A stretch of DNA of 64,000 nt. Origin: Octopus bimaculoides (lineage: Eukaryota). Below the pieces are notes generated by a model that had not been told where the DNA came from, searched no databases, and saw only the letters and a program-made list of their open reading frames with translations. The DNA lies in assembly GCF_001194135.2 (NCBI RefSeq), contig NC_068986.1, positions 41,436,425-41,500,424 of the forward strand. Reading direction: 5' to 3'. The position numbers and the translations under genes were made by a program. Positions 36,820 to 49,105 of this stretch are shown one piece after another. Within the stretch, counting starts at the first letter, position 1. Every line of letters starts with the position of its first letter.

Positions 36820-37330
36820 CTTACTTTGTGAATGAAAACTGTAGTTAACAGTAAGGGCTGCATTGAAATAAATTCTTCCAAATATTCGGAAGGTTCCCTA
36901 GACATAGTTGATAGCTTCTGCTATGTAAATGACCCAGTTAGCAATAGAAATGGGTGGTCTGAAAGCATGATGGCCAGCGAAAGAAGTGGATGGGAAAAGT
37001 TTGGGAAGCTATTAACTCTGCTAGCAATAAAGGTATTTTCCCTCTAAATAAAAAAAAAAGCTTGCATGGTATTTCCATATAAAGTGAAATGATATGTGGT
37101 AGTAAAACATCAGTATTGAATATAAAGGATGTGTAAAGACTGGAAAGAAATGATGTAAACATGCATATGATGTTTGTGTGCATGAACAATGGACCACAAG
37201 CAAGCTGAGAGAAGACAAATCCAGGTATAAGAGGAATTAAATGTGTGTAAGAGAAAAGACTGAGCTGGCAAGGCCATGTAATGCATGTAAAAGATTACCT
37301 TTGTAATCAGATCTTTTAAAATATGTATCT
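36820..37330 (+). pseudogene. RTE-like LINE RT C-terminal fragment
   Basis: LDIVDSFCY and GWEKFGKLLTLLAIKVFSL motifs. Confidence 0.6.
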
Positions 37331-37739
37331 CCAATAGACTGTGCCCTCTAATATAGTATCAGAGACTTTAGAATACCATTACTGACCTAAATGGCTTTAC
37401 TGTGATATGATTGTTATATGTTTATTTCTTCCCAGTTATCTTTCCCTAAACCAAATGACAACACCGCTTAATTATTTGATGAAGGGCAAAGGCCTGAAAT
37501 ATTAAGCTCTTCACTGGGCTTATCAAATTCTTCCATGAAATTTCCTGACTATTGTATTTTCTGGAATACAAGTTGAATTTTTCAGTTCAAAAATTACTGC
37601 CAGAAAAAATAGGTTCATTTATAAATCAAGACAACTTTGGAGAATCAAAAATACCATGTGAAATGTTGCAGAATTTGGAAAAATTGTGACAATGGTAGAA
37701 TGTTTACATTATATTCTTTGTTAACTTGTATACTGGAAA

Positions 37740-38490
37740 ATATGGTAATTGCTGACAACACAGATCAACACCATTTCCTTGGATTCCAAATGTTGTCTTA
37801 TTTCTCTTCAAGATTAGCTATCAACTGATATTAAGAATAGCTGTTGGTTAATCCATATTTATTCTCTTAATTATAAAGATATTATCTAAGAGAGCTGGCA
37901 TGAATACGCTTCAAAAGGGTTTCCTAATATAACCAAGACATCAAGGATGAATTTAATGCTTAATAGAGATCAGGAATTTTACATTCGATTCTTTATCCTT
38001 TTTATGGTCACCACTTGACCATTGTTACAAAGTTTGCTATGCATTTACATAGGATTCATGTTCAATCCTATTATAAAACATCATAGATAAAGGTCAACCA
38101 ACGCAATGTTAAATTTGGCAGACAAAATCAGTAGAAGACTGTTGGAAGCATTTCTGTTCATGTACAGTAGACCTAATCTGACATCCAATTTAATGTAACC
38201 ACTTGGTTTAGGAGGCCTTTAACAAAATCATGAAAGTACAAGACTGGATTATGTCTTAAACCAGTAGATAACTTCCTTCTTTGAAGAAACCGTTACAAAT
38301 ATATATTATATGTATACATAGAGTAATACAGTTCTATATTTGAGAGATGAGGAATTATGCACATTATTTACATTTGACGGATATTTGTCCTCACCTTGTT
38401 TGTTGCTAACACAATGTTTTGGCTGATATACCCTCCAGCCTTCATCAGGTGTCTTGGGGAAATTTCAAACAAATGTAAATGTAAATAATG
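37740..38490 (+). mobile_element. Penelope-like endonuclease remnant followed by an inverted pLTR with a degenerate hammerhead
   Basis: Decayed RRLLEAF segment. The minus strand at 38405-38455 reads GACAC-CTGATGA-AGGCTG..CAGCC-AAAA. Confidence 0.55.
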
Positions 38491-38498
38491 TATATATA

Positions 38499-39375
38499 CA
38501 GGGTGCGGTGAATAAACTATCGTCTAAATTACACAAAAATGAAAATAACACTGACATCTCATTTTAAAAGACATATTCACACCAAAATTACATAAAAATA
38601 TCTTGAAATACTAAAGAGTAAATTCATTCAATAAAATCCCCATTGGCTTCAATCACGGCCTCCAGACAACTTTGGAATTTCTTGCAACTCTTCTGGCTGG
38701 TCTCCTTGTTTAAGTTGGTGAATGATGCCATAATCCTTGCCTTCAGTTCAGCTTTGGTGTTATAAAGAGTTTTGTTGGTTTCTTGCTCAACTGTGCCCTA
38801 CAAATAATAATCAAAGGGGCTGCAGCGGGGGGAGTTAGGTGGCCAGATGTTAAGGGTGATGTGGTCACAGAAATTACCTGACAGCCATGACTGGGCTCTC
38901 CTACTTGTATGGCATGGTGCAGAGTCCTGTTACCAGACACATGGTATTCCAGCAGCCACCTTCTTAACCCAGGGCAGCAGTACCTCCTCCAGGCACTTAA
39001 TGTAGGCCTCCATGTTGAGTCTGAGGCCATGTGGGAAGATGAATGGAGGTATAATGTTGCCATCACTAGTGATCACTTCAAACACCATGATGTTGACTGG
39101 ATGTTTGATTTTTATCATTCTTGGTACATGCACTGTCCTCAGATTGACACTCAAATACTCTGAAGTGTTTGTATTGGAGCTTCCAGTGTGAATAGCAAGC
39201 AGTACAGCATGTTGTTTCCAAATTTCTGGCAGGAGGAATTGTGTCATGGTGCTGTTTTTCTCACAGATGGTGCCCAACTGACCCTACTATACAGTGTAGT
39301 CAAGAGAATCAAAAACAAACAATGCACAAGTGCAAAATTAAAAATATAAAATGACAATTTACCCATCCTACCCTG
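38499..39375 (-). mobile_element. Mariner-like element, internally deleted
   Basis: TA-flanked CAGGGT ends. Transposase remnant VMVFEVITSDG..AYIKCLEEVLLPWVK. Same family as 50021-51202. Confidence 0.88.
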
Positions 39376-39385
39376 TATATATATA

Positions 39386-39795
39386 CCGTAAATCCTCAAG
39401 TATAATCCGCACTTTTTCACAAAATTTAAGGGTCAAAATTTCTAGAGCGTGCTATATATGAGGTTAAAAATGAAAAATATTTTCTAAGTGATAAATATGT
39501 AAAGGCAATTTACTTACTATTTATTTTTCACTGACGTTATTACTGTTATTTCTTTATTTTCTGCAAACAAAGTGCACAAAAAAGCTACACGTTTGCATTA
39601 TGTTATATATACAATAATGATAAAGGACGTTACCGTATATACGTTTACAAACCAAGGACGTTATATAGACCTCCCTGACTCAAATTAGAGAAGGGGTGCG
39701 TATTATACACAAGGTTTAGGTTTTTCAGAGGTTCAGCCCCCTAAAAATCCTCTGCGTATTATACTCAAGGGCAGACTATACTTGAGGATTTACGG
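39386..39795. mobile_element. Tc1/mariner-superfamily MITE
   Basis: TIR CCGTAAATCCTCAAGTATA at both ends, TA-flanked. Confidence 0.85.
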
Positions 39796-39859
39796 TATGT
39801 ATATTTATATAATTTGCAATGTGCTGTTGCTCACCAGCCAATATTTGCAGTAGTCAAAA

Positions 39860-40480
39860 ACAGAAACTTATATCTTGATTCAATAATATAAATTTTGATT
39901 GAGACAATCCAGAACTCAAGCCCAAATTTCTAGTGTAACTTCTAGTTACCATTTCCTGGTTCTCTGGCTCATTTGTTCTTATGTATCTTTTCCTATGTTT
40001 GTATCGCTCAGATGAATGTATATTGTGAAAGAAGTGTTTTACACTCCTTCCTACTGCTAAGTCTTGTTTTTCAAGTGAGTTTTTCACTCCACACATTTTC
40101 AAAAGCACAAAGCTACAAATAATTTGTTGGCAGGGAAATGATGCTGGACAGCATCAACTGTGGGTCCATTTGATCAAAGATTGTAAACATTCTGATAATC
40201 ATGTATATTTTATTTATATTGTTTATTGAAGCTAAATGCTTATCTTGTCACACAGGTTTCACACCATTGTAATCTTCAGACCAGGACTTGGTTTTTGGAT
40301 GTATGTTTATATTTATTAGTGTGGTCTCTTGTGCTTGTTCATTAGTTTACATTTAGCTGATTGGCTGTAATTTTCCAGCTTCTTTATTGGTTGCTTTAAG
40401 GCATGGTACTTATATTTCTTGTGTGTAGATGTTTTTTAATTTCTTAATTCATTATCAATTTATCTGTTAATTTGATTAAA
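39860..40480 (-). pseudogene. Penelope-like GIY-YIG fragment
   Basis: Decayed minus-strand frames ending R..KE..FI....P.L-like. Low similarity. Confidence 0.4.
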
Positions 40481-40809
40481 GCTGTTATTTTGTCAAGTTT
40501 GTTTTGGTAGGATTTATAAACCTTCCCCATTCACCCATCTCTCACTTCCCTGTATACTCCTGCAACATCTACTCATACTCTGACTTCCTGTCTCCATTCC
40601 TAGTCACCAAGTACCTTGAGCTGCCACTTCATTACCATTATTCTGTTTCCAGCTCTACTCAATCCATCAAACACTGTCTTTTAAACATGAGTAGTCATAT
40701 AACTCTTGCACAGTAAATAACCTGCTGCTCCCTTCCCTTAAACTTTAACATATCATCTTCCAGCATAACCACCCACCATTGTATTCAAAGTCTTGCATGA
40801 GTTGCATTT

Positions 40810-40990
40810 TTACTTCACTAGTGCAGATGACATGAAAAATTCACCCAGTACATGGTGTAAAGTGGTTGGTGTTAGGAAAGGCATCCAGCCATAGTATTTA
40901 TACTAAAGCAGACAAAGGGGCATGAATCAGTCCTTGGACCCATCAGATCCTGTCAAATCTTCCAACCCATGCCAGCATGGAACATGGAGT
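40810..40990 (+). mobile_element. Family D SINE, diverged
   Basis: TTGGTGTTAGGAAAGGCATCCAGCC..CCCATGCCAGCATGGAAC. Confidence 0.7.
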
Positions 40991-41087
40991 GCAACATAGA
41001 AGACACTTGTCTAAGGTGCTGCACAGGCAAAAATGCTGTAAGCTGGAAAACTTCTTAGTAATGGTGCAATGTTCATGTTCTTTGCAG

Positions 41088-41171
41088 GGAGCTGTGCAGC
41101 TCTTTACAGCAAGGTGATTATCTCCAGCAGGATTTAAGTTGTTCAGATCATGGACACAGCAGAATGTTAGG
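41088..41171 (+). CDS. Candidate exon (ELCSSLQQGDYLQQDLSCSDHGHSRML)
   Basis: TTCTTTGCAG acceptor, GTATGA donor, phase 2-2, in frame with both neighbours. Confidence 0.65.
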
Positions 41172-41465
41172 GTATGAATTATTGTTGACTATTTGATCAG
41201 CAGTTCAAAATTTTTGAGGCTAGTATTGTTTAACTCTGTGAAACCAGTAGAGTACTTAAAAATTGTTTCTTGGTAAATATTGTTCTTTAAAAGTCAATAA
41301 ATACTTGAAGAAATGATTGAATAGTGCACAGTACTGCATTGGATTAACTTAATTGACATAACACAATGATTATCTTTCAAATTGTGTAAGATATTACAAC
41401 CAATTTCAACTAGTTTGTTTACTGTAGCATATCTTTGTAAATTTCTCTTGAATTTTTGATTTCAG

Positions 41466-41544
41466 ATTAGTAGCCAACGTACTCCAGGAAATGTTTCTCT
41501 ACTTACATAGTCACTTAGTAACATGTTACAAACATATGGCTTAA
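41466..41544 (+). CDS. Candidate exon (LVANVLQEMFLYLHSHL..)
   Basis: Strong acceptor, in phase with 41171. The 3' boundary is uncertain: weak donors precede TAA at 41542. Confidence 0.5.
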
Positions 41545-41922
41545 CTGTTGGATACAATTATTTCTCAGTGTCTCTTATCACATAAAGCCTGATCACTTAA
41601 AGTGATCAGGTATTTCATGTATACAGAAAAGCCATTCTAATTTATTGCACTTAGTACCAGCACCATCGCAACCACTAACACTTCCATCACCAATTAAGAA
41701 GTAGTTAAATCTCCTTCAAATAACACATTATCATCTTAAATATGGATGTATTGGAATGTAGATCTTGATGTAGAGAAAAATGAGATGGCCACAGTAGGAA
41801 CTTCTCGGATTACAGTTCTTTTCAATCAGGACTGACAGTAACCTCAACACATGCATCATATAGATAATATCTCGTAGTATAATCTACATAACTGTTCTAG
41901 CTTCAGTTAGTTTTGAAACAAA

Positions 41923-41961
<39 letters not shown>

Positions 41962-41964
<3 letters not shown>

Positions 41965-42343
41965 TCTTTTACTTGTTTCAGTCTTTTTTTGCTGGAGCAC
42001 CGCCTTTAGTTGAGCAAATCAACCCCAGGACTTATTCTTTAGAAGCCTAGTACTTATTCAATCGGTCTCTTTTGCTGAACCGCTAAGTTACGGGGACATA
42101 GATACACCAGCATCGGTTGTCAAGCAATGTTGGGGGGACAAACACATACACACACACACATATATATACCTATATATATGACGGGCTTCTTTCAGTTTCT
42201 GTCTACCAAATCCACTCACAAGGCTTTGGTTGGCTCGAGGCTATAGTAGAAGACACTTGCCCAAGATGCCACACAATGGGACTGAACCCGAGACCATGTG
42301 GTTGGTAAGCAGGCTACTTACCACACAGCCACTCCTATGCCTA
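41962..42343 (-). mobile_element. Family A SINE
   Basis: Aligns end to end with 1007-1393. Confidence 0.85.
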
Positions 42344-42436
42344 TAATATATATATTATCCTAATTTTTTTCTTTAAGCTTTCAGCAAAAAGATGTGTAAC
42401 CCAAAGAAATTAATTTATGTTATCTTAATTATACGT

Positions 42437-42720
42437 GGAGGCGCAATGGCCCAGTGGTTAGGGCAGCGGACTCACGGTCGGAGGATCGTGATTTCGATTC
42501 CCAGACCGGGCGTTCTGTGTGTTTATTGAGTAAAAACACCTAAAGCTCTACGAGGCTCCAGCAGGGGGTGGCGGCGACCCCTGTTGTACTCCTTCGCCCC
42601 AACTTTCTCTCACTCTTTCTTCCTGTTTCTTGAGTAAAAAGCTGTGATGGACTGGCGTCCTGTCCAACTAGGGAGGGAACACATACGCCATGGAAACTGA
42701 GAAACTGGCCCTATGCTCCA
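42437..42720 (+). mobile_element. Family B SINE variant with a different 3' half
   Basis: Same head as 14288. It diverges after CTTCCTGTTTCT. Confidence 0.75.
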
Positions 42721-42858
42721 CAAGGAACTTAGAGGATTTCCAATCTTAATTACACAAATTGTATTCACTATGGGCCGAGGTAATGATTCATCAGGTGGTT
42801 GCATAAACACCATGAACAACATCGTGAAAAATAATTCTCAACATTGTCAAGTCTAGGT

Positions 42859-43239
42859 CAGTGGTTCTTAATAGGGATCCATATGAGAATTTTTGTGGTC
42901 CATGTAAGAAAAGTAGTAAACTGGGGATCCACAGTAGTATTTTAAGGGATCATAAAAAAGAAAAGCAACAACTTTTCCTTTAGATGTGTTTATTGTAAGA
43001 AACAGCTAGATTTCTTTTTCTAATGTTTAACATAGTTTAACATGTTTCTGGCAACTGAAACATGTTCTCTCAGAGAGTACTATTGCGAAACCTATACAAG
43101 TGAATATGAGAAAAACAAATAGGAATTTTGAAAGAAGTATCTATAAAACTAGCTTTTAGACACTGAATAGCTATGGGGGCCCACCAAAATAAAATTGCAA
43201 TTGAAGGGTCCATAGTTAAAAAATGGTTGAGAATCATTG
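42859..43239. mobile_element. hAT (Charlie-type) MITE
   Basis: TIRs CAGTGGTTCTTAA / TTGAGAATCATTG; 8-bp TSD GTCTAGGT / GTCTAGTT. Confidence 0.8.
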
Positions 43240-43567
43240 GTCTAGTTGGGAATTTCACTATTTCTGCAATGTATTTCAGCCACTTTGTTATTTAATCAAT
43301 AAACCATGCTCAGCCATGATTATTAAATAAAATAAAGATTTTTCACCAAATGAACAGCATGCATTTAGACAAAAATTTGATGAAAATTGGATAACTTTCT
43401 CTCCAAACATGTTACCTGCAGATGACATCTTAGTTTTCAGCTACATATATAGCAATAATGATTGGTTAATATATTATATTAATGTTTGTTTTTATGTCAA
43501 GTTATAATACAAAACAATTTTACATAAAACTGAAGGATTGTTCAATACTTTGTGCACAGAATATATT

Positions 43568-43710
43568 TATTATTCTTTAACAAGTATGGTAATGACAGTG
43601 ACTTCAAAGTTTTTGCCTGATAAGCCATTGTCAAATGTCACAGTCTGACAATATCTTAGCAGGCTGAACTTCAAAGTCACTGTCATTACTATTCTTGTTA
43701 AAGAATAATA
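43568..43710. mobile_element. Hairpin MITE
   Basis: About 45-bp inverted arms TATTATTCTTTAACAAG..GTAATGACAGTGACTT. Confidence 0.75.
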
Positions 43711-44218
43711 TATATATATATATCACCATCATCATTTAGTATCTGTTTTCTATGCTGGCATGTGTTAAACAATTTGATTGGAACTGGCAAGTGGGAGAGC
43801 TGCACCAAGTTCCAGTCTGATTTGGCATGGTTTCTATGGCTGGATACCCTTCCTAACACCTATATATTTCATGAATTATGAATTGAAGTTATACCCTAGT
43901 ATTGTAGCATGGAACAACAATTTAATGTTGGACATATAGGAGTAGATATGAATTCTTTACATTTTGAGTATCTGGCAGTTGATGCAGAATTATGGAAATC
44001 ATTACTATTTAAATAATTTATACACAGACCTTTTATACATCAAACTTCTTCCTTACCCTAGAGCTGAAAAAAACACAAATAAATCAGTTTTCACATCTTA
44101 ATATTTTAGCCTATAATGAGTTCAATAAAAAGTGATGGTGCTTACTTTATATTCTCTTATTTATTTAGGCAAAGACTAGAAGAATGCAATGAGTAGAATG
44201 AATATGTTGGTTGCCTTA

Positions 44219-44421
44219 AGCATTTAGCATTTAAAATAGCCATATCCAGCCAAAATAGTCAACCTGTTCTATATATCCAAATTGGCCAGATCTGGCCTTT
44301 CACACCTACCTTGCAATATCATTCTAAAATTAAGCAATCACATCATTGAAACGTCAAAGCTATGAGATAATGTGAGAGTAATTCAAAACAATGAGATTAA
44401 ATAAGTATTATATTTGACAGA
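44219..44421. mobile_element. TTAA-flanked (piggyBac-like) MITE, diverged
   Basis: TTAA-GCATTTAGCATT ... AATGCTAAAAGG-TTAA. Confidence 0.55.
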
Positions 44422-44957
44422 GTAATCTGAATGCTAAAAGGTTAACAGGTACACACACACACACACAACTTATAACTCAGAGAAAAATATTTGAATGGAA
44501 AATTTTTAGGTAAACAGTTGGTAACCTGGCTGCCACAGGTATAATTTACAAATGACATCACTCAACCAGAACTTACTAAGGTATAAAAATAAAACCTTAT
44601 AATTTTATGAGGTACTGTATTAATTATAGTGTAGTCTATAGTGAAATTAATATAAATTAGGTACTATTTGAGAAATAAAAATTATGTATAGGAACTCATT
44701 AAACTTTTACAGAAGACAAACAGGAACCTGATGTCTCTGTTTTTCCCCAGAGCAAAACAATATTTATCTAGAATTGGAGTATAGTACCATGCAAAAGTCT
44801 TTCGCCACTTTAAACTATTGTAAATTTCTACTAACTGCCAACTTATGAGTGGATGTTTCGCATTGCATTTTTTACAGATGAAACATTAGCCCTGTTGGAG
44901 CCATTTCCATACCTAATCATTATATTTTGCAGTAGGGGCTCTGAATTAGAAGGAAAG

Positions 44958-45785
44958 ATGTGAGATGACCACCAAAAAATGGCTGAGCTAAAGTTTTCAG
45001 CCACCTCACATAAACCAACTGAGATACAATGTTTTAAAACAGTAAAATATCTATAATGAAAATTTAATACATAATGTTCATTTCAAGAAGTTACTGTACA
45101 TTGTTAATATTTCTAATAAGCGAGAATTTGTCAGAAGGCCTCCAGGAAAGCAAAATGACCCACATTACATGATGAAAACAGTAATGTGATGTTTGAGGGT
45201 AAAAGTCTAATGCTTTGGGGATACATAAAAAGTAATGGTTCAAGAAAGTTGGTTAAAATTGATGGTAACTTGAATAGTGCCAAATACATCCAGTTGCTGA
45301 AGGACAATTTGATGCCAGACTTGGATGAAGGTGAGATTTTTCAGCATGACGGAGCTCCATGCCAAAGATTGTGTGCAACACAACAGAGTCTGGCTGATGA
45401 AGGTGTTACCATATTGAAAGATTGGCCAGCTCAGAGCCCTAACTTAAATATCATCGAGCAAATGTGGACAGAACTAAAGAGAAGAGTTCGTCAGAAGAAT
45501 CCACACAATCTTGAAGAGTTGTGGAAGCTCAGCTACAGAGAATGGTATCTCATACCTGTGAAGATGGTGAACGATTTGTACACATCTTTCCCTGGTACAT
45601 CAAAGCAATTATTCAAGGTAAGGGAAGCCACACGAAATATTAATAATGTACAGTAACTTGAAATGAACAGTATGTAGTAAATTTTCATTATAGACATTAT
45701 TCTGTTTTAAAACATTGTATCTTGATGGGTTTATGTGAGGTGGCTGAAAACTTTTGTACAGCCATTTTTGGTGGTCATCTCACAT
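44958..45785 (+). mobile_element. Tc1 element with ~150-bp inverted repeats, N-terminal half of transposase deleted
   Basis: Arms at 44958-45113 and 45634-45785. ORF 45186-45656 has FQHDGAP, WPAQSPNLNIIEQMW. Confidence 0.88.
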
Positions 45786-46283
45786 TGTTTTCTCTCATTC
45801 AGAAAATATTGCATGGAACTGTATATTCTATTAGAGATGTGGGTTATTTCTCATGAAATGAAAATTGAAACCAAGACAAAGGTTTGGTGTTTGGCAGTTT
45901 AACACATTGCTTTTGAATCAATTATTGGAGAAATATGGTGTGGTTGGCAAAAAAAAATCACATAGCATCACAAGAGCTTGATGGAAGCTTTGGTGATTGA
46001 AAATAAGGCAAATAGACTTATTAATTAAGAAGGATATTTTTAAATGAAGAATTTCAGATGTTCACAAAAGAAAAGTGTGACTCGGCTGCTGGAGAAAGAA
46101 AAACATTGTATTCAACCATTATTCTCATTTCCTTATGAGTTTCTACTAAAAATATTCAATAGTATTAGAAAAAGATCCTAATTTTTGCTGCTTTTATATC
46201 CTTGGTCATCGTATATATTTAACTCAAAATTTTCTACATCTAAATTGCAAATGATAGTTATTTCAAAATTATGAGTATTGTAG

Positions 46284-46334
46284 GAGTACTGCCGAAGACA
46301 TCTTATTTTAGTGTGCCAGTAGAAAATTTGTATG
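46284..46334 (+). CDS. Candidate exon (VLPKTSYFSVPVENLY)
   Basis: TTGTAG acceptor, G|GTGAGT donor, single open frame. A possible upstream exon lies at 46058-46161. Confidence 0.55.
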
Positions 46335-46589
46335 GTGAGTGGTGAAGTATTCTTACCAAACTGAAATTAGTATTGCAAACTAAATACACAATTATACAGC
46401 GTTATGTACATTTGGGTTATAACAGAGTTAACTCCCTTGTAGTGCAGTAGCTTGTGTGCCCCTATGACCCTGCCAGCAAAGCATAAGTTTCTGGTAGAGC
46501 CTCCTATATTGGTCAAGTCAAAGGAGAGAGGCCAGATTAATTATGTACCACCTCTTCCCAAAGGTAAAAGTGAGTGGGGACAACAACTA

Positions 46590-46800
46590 GAAACAGAAAA
46601 AGCAAAGTTACAGAAGCATCAATGACAGTTCAAAACCTACAAAACCTGGAAGAAATAAATGTTTGAAGTGCAAGTGGAGATGGAACCCACAAGGGAGGCT
46701 GGAAAAGCAGGGATCCAACTGGAAAGAAGCAGAAATGACTTCTCAGAGCTGAAGATAGCAGAGAAAAGTTGTTGATGGCTTATGCTCCATAGGAAGCAAA
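46590..46800 (+). pseudogene. RTE-like LINE extreme 3' end
   Basis: WRWNPQGR and AED..KVVDGLCS-like segments. Confidence 0.5.
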
Positions 46801-47021
46801 GCATTTAAGTAGTAATAGCAATTGGGAGTTGTTCCTACTGGATAGTGTGGTACCACATTGTAGCTAGGTGGACTGTGTTATCTGAGAGTCAAGTACTGCA
46901 TAACCACAGACACAAAGCAGTATGTGTGAACCTAGTCCACTAACTTCTAAGCTGGTTGTTCATCATTCTATTGACTTGCAAAAGTGACAGCATACTAAAT
47001 GTATTGAAAGAAATCAGTTAA

Positions 47022-47257
47022 CCCTTTTGATACCAACCTTCCTCAGATTGCACCCCCCCACACACTCCAGCTCTGTAGTACAAATGTCTTGTTTTCAAAA
47101 GTTCTGAATTTAAATCTTCCACCAGAGCTTAGTCTTAATTTATGTTCCAAACACTAGCTTAATAATTAACAAAGTTATTTTACTAAATTCTTTGTTATAT
47201 TTAGAATTAAATGAAATAAACACAGAGCATCTTATCTGAAATATGGTAACAAAAGGG
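47022..47257. mobile_element. TTAA-flanked MITE
   Basis: TTAA-CCCTTTTGATACC ... GGTAACAAAAGGG-TTAA. Confidence 0.8.
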
Positions 47258-47269
47258 TTAATATAACAA

Positions 47270-47715
47270 AATACTGGTTTCAAATTTTGTCACAAGGGTT
47301 GCACTTTCAGGGTAGGGGGTAAGTTGATTGCATCAGCCTCCAGAGTTCAACTAGTACTTATTTCATCAACCCCGCAAAAGAATGAAAGGCAAAGATGACC
47401 TGAGTGGAATTTAAAATCAGAATGTTAGGACTGGTAAAATACCATTAAGTCTTTTGCCCAGTGTGCTAACGATTCTGTCAGTTTGCCGCCTTAAAATAAA
47501 CATTGATTTAAAATTTTGGCACAAGCCCAACAATTTCTATGGAGGGGTAAGTTGATTACATCGATCCCAAAGCTTAGATGGTATTTATTTTATCAACCTT
47601 AAAAGGATGAAAGGCAAAGATGACCTTGGTGGAATTTGAACTCAGAACATAAAGGCAGACAAAATGCCTCGACACATTTTAACTGTTATGCTAATGATTC
47701 TGCCAATTCACCACC
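47270..47715 (-). mobile_element. Two tandem family C SINEs
   Basis: Two diverged reverse-complement copies. Confidence 0.7.
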
Positions 47716-47778
47716 CTGCCTTCAAAAAAATATTAAAAAAATTATATCTGCAACTTTTTTTGAAATAACTTAACTTAG

Positions 47779-47838
47779 GTTAGACACACAAAGTTGAACA
47801 ACATTTATCCCCATGTCAGACATTCTTTTTTAAAACAG
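47779..47838 (+). CDS. Candidate exon (VRHTKLNNIYPHVRHSFLKQ)
   Basis: 60 bp, phase 0-0, CAG|GTAACA donor. Phase does not match the neighbouring candidates. Confidence 0.35.
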
Positions 47839-47910
47839 GTAACAATTAACATCACATTTCTTCAGTTACACCTGATTTTTGTTTACTCTGAGTCTTGTCT
47901 AAATGTTCTA

Positions 47911-48250
47911 TCTTCAACTTGTTTCAGTCATTAGATTGTGGCCATGCTGGGGCTCCATCTTGAAGAATACATTTAGTTGAATGAATTGACCCCAGTACAT
48001 TTTGCCTTTTTTTTTAAAGCCTGGTACTTATTCTATTGGTCACTTTTGTTGAACCATTAAGTTATGGGAACATAAACACACCAACACTGGTTGTCAAATG
48101 ATAGCTTTTCAGTTTCCATCAACCAAATCCACTCAAGACTTTGGTCAGCCCGAGGCTATAGTAGAAGACACTTGCTCAAGGAGCCACACTATGAGACTGA
48201 CCCTGGAATCATGAGGTTGGGAAGCAAGGTTCTTACGACACAGCCACACT
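47911..48250 (-). mobile_element. Family A SINE, diverged
   Basis: Aligns with 1007-1393. Confidence 0.75.
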
Positions 48251-48654
48251 TGTTGAATAAAAAAATAAAATTCAGTGTGAATGTATCTTAACTACTAACT
48301 TGAAGGTTTTTGCCTGTATTATCAAACAAAAGCAAGTCAGCTTGACAGGAACATACTATTAATTTGAACAAAATAATAAGTCACACAGGTTAGATGCTGC
48401 CTGCAGTTGCAAGCTTGTCACCCAATGATACCTAGATAGATCAGGCCAGTAAAGATATACAAGTTTCATGGATATAGACACAACACAGCATAAGCTACAG
48501 GTAATGAATGTGAAGTTTTTTTTGCATAGCAGTTGAATGCTATGCTGATTATCAGATGGAGTTTCCCAAATTCATAGACACCTAATAAGCAGCATTGTAG
48601 ATGTGAAAATTCGCTTTTAAAGTCAATCTAATTCACTGTGATTTTTAATATTAA

Positions 48655-49105
48655 TTTCAAATTTTGGCACAAGGCCAGAAATTTGGTGGTGTGGTGGTGG
48701 TGGTGGTGGTGTTGATGGGAAAGAAGTCGATTTCATTGATCCCATTTCTTACTGGTATTTATTTTATCAACTTTGAAAGGATGAAAGGCAATATCAATCT
48801 CAGCATAATCAAATTTGCAGATGAAATGCTGCTAAGCATTCTAATGATTCTACCAGCTCCCACCTTACTGTGATTAGTATTATTAATATATACTTTAAGG
48901 TGGCAAGCTGGCAGAATTGTTAGCATGCAGGGTGAAATGCTAAATGGCATTTCGTCCATCTTTACATTCTGAGTTCAAGTTTGCCTTTCATCTTTTTTGG
49001 GGGTCAATAAAATAAGAACCAGTTGAGTACTAGGGGTCAAGGTAATTGACTTTCTCACTCCCGCTAAACTGCTGACCTTGTGCCAAAATTTGAAACCAAT
49101 ATTAA
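48655..49105. mobile_element. Head-to-head inverted pair of family C SINEs
   Basis: 48655-48868 (-) and 48893-49105 (+), separated by about 25 bp. Confidence 0.75.

Noticed and set aside
43417-44065. Minus-strand micro-exon candidates (7 nt at 44059-44065; 25 nt at 43417-43441)
   Set aside because: The splice signals look good, but no downstream partner exon was found and such matches arise by chance in AT-rich DNA.
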